Source: Acidiferrobacterales bacterium (lineage in GTDB: Bacteria; Pseudomonadota; Gammaproteobacteria; Arenicellales; JAJDZL01). From it: a stretch of 64,000 bases of DNA. Both the position numbers and the translations under genes were made by a program. The notes below the pieces were generated by a model. The model did no database searches. It saw nothing but the letters and a program-made list of their open reading frames with translations, and had not been told where the DNA came from. The stretch lies in NCBI GenBank assembly GCA_028820695.1, contig JAPPIB010000050.1, positions 217,146 to 281,145 of the forward strand, given 5' to 3'. Shown one piece after another: positions 61,476-64,000 of this stretch (positions are counted from its first letter, which is position 1; each line of letters starts with the position of its first letter).

Positions 61476-63144
61476 TTCGAATTTCTCCTTGTTTGGGTGG
61501 TCGAAACAATTGAACTCCATTTTTTCTTGACAGATGATGCAGTGAACGGTAAAGGGTGTTGAGGTGATTCAATTCATTCCAGGAGGCCTCATCCAACTGG
61601 CGCAGACAGAATGTCAGCAGGCTCAGGTGCGGGTACGTTAACTTCATTACTCCTTTGGCGTGCAGGGACAGCGTTCTTGAATTTCCGGATTTGACGAAAT
61701 TGAGGAATTTGGAATTTCCAACCAGTTTTGCGACCAACGGGCGCGCTCGTTCCGTAGCCCATTGCAAGTCACAGAATTCAACCAGGAACCACCACAGAGC
61801 ATCGCGTGTCCCAATTTGACTGAGGTTGCTGTCCGAAGCGGCTGCGGGGTAGTCCGTAATCAGGAATCCGATCCCCCAATTCCCGATATTTGATACTATC
61901 GTGTTTTTCGTGACCTTGTTCTCGTGAAAATCGTAGCGCTTGGCCAACTTCAATGCGATTTGATAGCAAAGCCGTCGCATTCTTTCCACTTCAAGTTCAA
62001 GCTCGGACTTTTGTTGTCCACTTGGCGAGCTGAACGAAAAGATCGGCGGTATGCCGTCGGACACGTCGGTTGCGTCATCTTGATCCGCGTCTACAACTGC
62101 AACTGTCGCACTAGTATTGTGCGCCAATTCTTCGTTATTCGGGGTGTTTACACTGCGAACAGTCGGATTTTGCTCTATTTTGGTGCGTTCATTGATCCAT
62201 TCGATCTGATCGAATTTGGCGAATTCTGTGTTTATTGCCTCCGGCGAATGTCGCAATGGACTTTCTGTCACATGCAAATAACCATCAATTCGCAGGGCGA
62301 TGTCCTGAATCGACAGTGACTGGGCAGCAGACAGGGCTGATTCCAATGAACGGCGAAATGAGGAGTGCGACCACTCTAGTCCTTCGTAGTTTTTCAGCGT
62401 GTTCCTAAAGGTAGACGCTGCGATACGTTTCGAAATCTCGAACTCGCTACAGACATTGTGAAACGCTTTTTCCAGGGAGCGCAACTTTTGGACTTGCGGC
62501 CGGCCCATTGCAACGCAGATCTCCCTCGGCAAGAGTGGTTCAAGGCTGTCAGACGCGTACAGCATTATGGAAATGGAGCTGATCGTTGTGTTGTATCCCT
62601 TTCGAGCAAGCATTTCCCGAATATCTCTCAACGACAGATCACTGCTGTCCGCCTCCTGTTTAAGGTGCTCGATTGCGAGTTTCGTACCGAATGCGCGATC
62701 GATGAAGCATAGTGATTTACGCATCTGATTTTCCTGCAGATGCCCGACAATCGCGTCGGATTCAAATCCAGTCCAAGGGTGAAAAAGGCAGTCGACAAAT
62801 CGGTATTTGCGATCACCGGTTTCACTGTATAGCTCCTGCACGGCCTTAAGGCGGGTGTTCCCTCCTTTATAGATCGTGAATTTTTTCGAGCCTGGTCGCT
62901 GTGTAACGGCGAGGGGTTGATTTATTCCATCCCTGGAAATCGAATCCTTGATTCGCTTGAAGTTCGGATTTCGCATTCTTCTAGGGTTCTTGTCATATGT
63001 CTCGAGGTCCGAGATTGGAATGGTCAAAAATGTTTTCGTGACAAGACTCGCCACGAAATTTGTTTCCTGCTCGAAGTCTGATACCTTTTGCGGCCGCAAC
63101 CTTTGTGCGATCTGCTCGCTTGATGGTCGATTGCTCATGGTCAC
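61453..63144 (-). CDS. ICE ParB-family protein (TIGR03764/BisD-like)
   Basis: YDKNPR..RNP.F..IK.SI...G, TQRPG, GGNTRL, GHL.EN..R..L.FIDRA, MGRPQ. Confidence 0.87.
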   Translation of the reverse strand: MTMSNRPSSEQIAQRLRPQKVSDFEQETNFVASLVTKTFLTIPISDLETYDKNPRRMRNPNFKRIKDSISRDGINQPLAVTQRPGSKKFTIYKGGNTRLKAVQELYSETGDRKYRFVDCLFHPWTGFESDAIVGHLQENQMRKSLCFIDRAFGTKLAIEHLKQEADSSDLSLRDIREMLARKGYNTTISSISIMLYASDSLEPLLPREICVAMGRPQVQKLRSLEKAFHNVCSEFEISKRIAASTFRNTLKNYEGLEWSHSSFRRSLESALSAAQSLSIQDIALRIDGYLHVTESPLRHSPEAINTEFAKFDQIEWINERTKIEQNPTVRSVNTPNNEELAHNTSATVAVVDADQDDATDVSDGIPPIFSFSSPSGQQKSELELEVERMRRLCYQIALKLAKRYDFHENKVTKNTIVSNIGNWGIGFLITDYPAAASDSNLSQIGTRDALWWFLVEFCDLQWATERARPLVAKLVGNSKFLNFVKSGNSRTLSLHAKGVMKLTYPHLSLLTFCLRQLDEASWNELNHLNTLYRSLHHLSRKNGVQLFRPPKQGEIRNDYKKRN

Positions 63145-63962
63145 ATGGCTCTTGCGACAGAATGCATCCTGTCAGACTCCACAGAAAAATCCGGTAGCAA
63201 CTCGGTTGCGAGTGAAGTCATGCTTTCGTTTGCACTGGTCCCGAATCTCCTTTTTGTCTCGAACCGATGCACCGGAACTTGTGCGGACGCCGCATCGCGG
63301 TAAACGGTTCTGTCGGGAATGCTGGTGTTGAGCAGATTGACTTGCGGCAACTCTCCGATCAGATAACGGATCTGACGTGCCAATTGTCTTGCATCAACAG
63401 TCGGCCGTGTCCGGTAGATCAGGGCATGCATGGAAAGTGGCAGATTGATTGCGCCGTATGATTTCCTGAGACGTCCGAGAATAGGAACGATGCCACGAAA
63501 GAACTCTCTTGCAGAGAGCATGTCGGGCACAATTGGCGAAAGAAGCAAGTCACTCGAAAGAATTGCCGAATCCAATACCGCGCTTGAAGCGCCTTGCGTA
63601 TCGATGATCACAAGATCATAGCTGTTCAGCTCCAGCAAGACGTTGCGCATTCGATTTCGTCCGTCCGGCTGTTTCTTTATTTCCCTGTCGCACTTGTTGT
63701 CCGGATCGTCAGATCTCACGATGTCCAGCCGGCTAACGGAGGTTTTACTGATGGAGTTGTTTATGTCAACATGGGAGAATATTCGGGTTATGCCGTAATC
63801 GGATTGAACGGTCAATGGGAAGTAGGTACTTAAGGATGGTTGGGGATCTGTATCGATCAGCAAGACTTTCCAACCACTTTCTGCAACAAAACCCCCTAAA
63901 TTGGCGCAAAGGCTGGTTTTTCCGACTCCACCTTTGGTGCTACAGACTGTCATTACGTTCAT
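63141..63962 (-). CDS. parA: ParA/Soj-family ATPase; start inferred from gaggag RBS
   Basis: STKGGVGKT, LLID.DPQPSLS, YDLVIIDTQG, AREF.RG. Confidence 0.92.
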   Translation of the reverse strand: MNVMTVCSTKGGVGKTSLCANLGGFVAESGWKVLLIDTDPQPSLSTYFPLTVQSDYGITRIFSHVDINNSISKTSVSRLDIVRSDDPDNKCDREIKKQPDGRNRMRNVLLELNSYDLVIIDTQGASSAVLDSAILSSDLLLSPIVPDMLSAREFFRGIVPILGRLRKSYGAINLPLSMHALIYRTRPTVDARQLARQIRYLIGELPQVNLLNTSIPDRTVYRDAASAQVPVHRFETKRRFGTSANESMTSLATELLPDFSVESDRMHSVARAM

Positions 63963-64000
63963 AAGATTCACTCCTCGTTGTGGCCTCTGGAATGATCATC

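Larger units (their letters stand above)
26017..64000 (-). mobile_element. PFGI-1/pKLC102/ICEclc-family ICE or domesticated derivative; left boundary approximate, right end beyond window; interrupted at 31917-38157
   Basis: Gene order parA-parB-DUF2857-STY4528-ardC-pil operon-MPF_G genes-TraG_N-integrase. Confidence 0.85.

Overview
The window has two parts. (1) About 1-25.7 kb is ordinary proteobacterial chromosome (inferred gammaproteobacterial) with noticeably broken synteny: ftsH (5' truncated by the window), glmM, a Zn-ADH, an orphan VanB/PDR-type reductase, a CaiB CoA-transferase, queG, a Liv-type ABC transporter, the yebC-ruvCAB-ybgC-tolQRAB-pal-cpoB block, a rhodanese, an NAD-dependent sugar epimerase and sixA-ppx. 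(2) From about 26 kb to past the right edge lies a PFGI-1/pKLC102/ICEclc-type integrative element, almost all on the minus strand: parA, parB-like, DUF2857, STY4528-type rep, ardC, a type IVb pilus operon, a seemingly intact MPF_G conjugation channel with a VirB4-like ATPase, TraG_N and a pKLC102-like integrase facing a second small tyrosine recombinase. Family calls come from recalled motifs and gene order, not from searches. Most notable: no relaxase, coupling protein or lytic transglycosylase is recognisable at the usual positions, and the MPF operon is split by 6.2 kb of housekeeping-type genes (dapE, argD, orphan MTase next to an IS1595 scar, potA-like, TerC-like). This suggests a domesticated or MOB-less T4SS/pilus system. 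Also seen: an iteron-like cluster plus AT-rich tract inside the rep gene, an 11-7-11 recombination-site-like palindrome at the left edge, a PilV-like adhesin with an N@d coiled-coil stalk and Cys-rich tip, and a shifted prepilin cleavage motif shared by both pilins. No tRNA, rRNA or CRISPR array was recognised.
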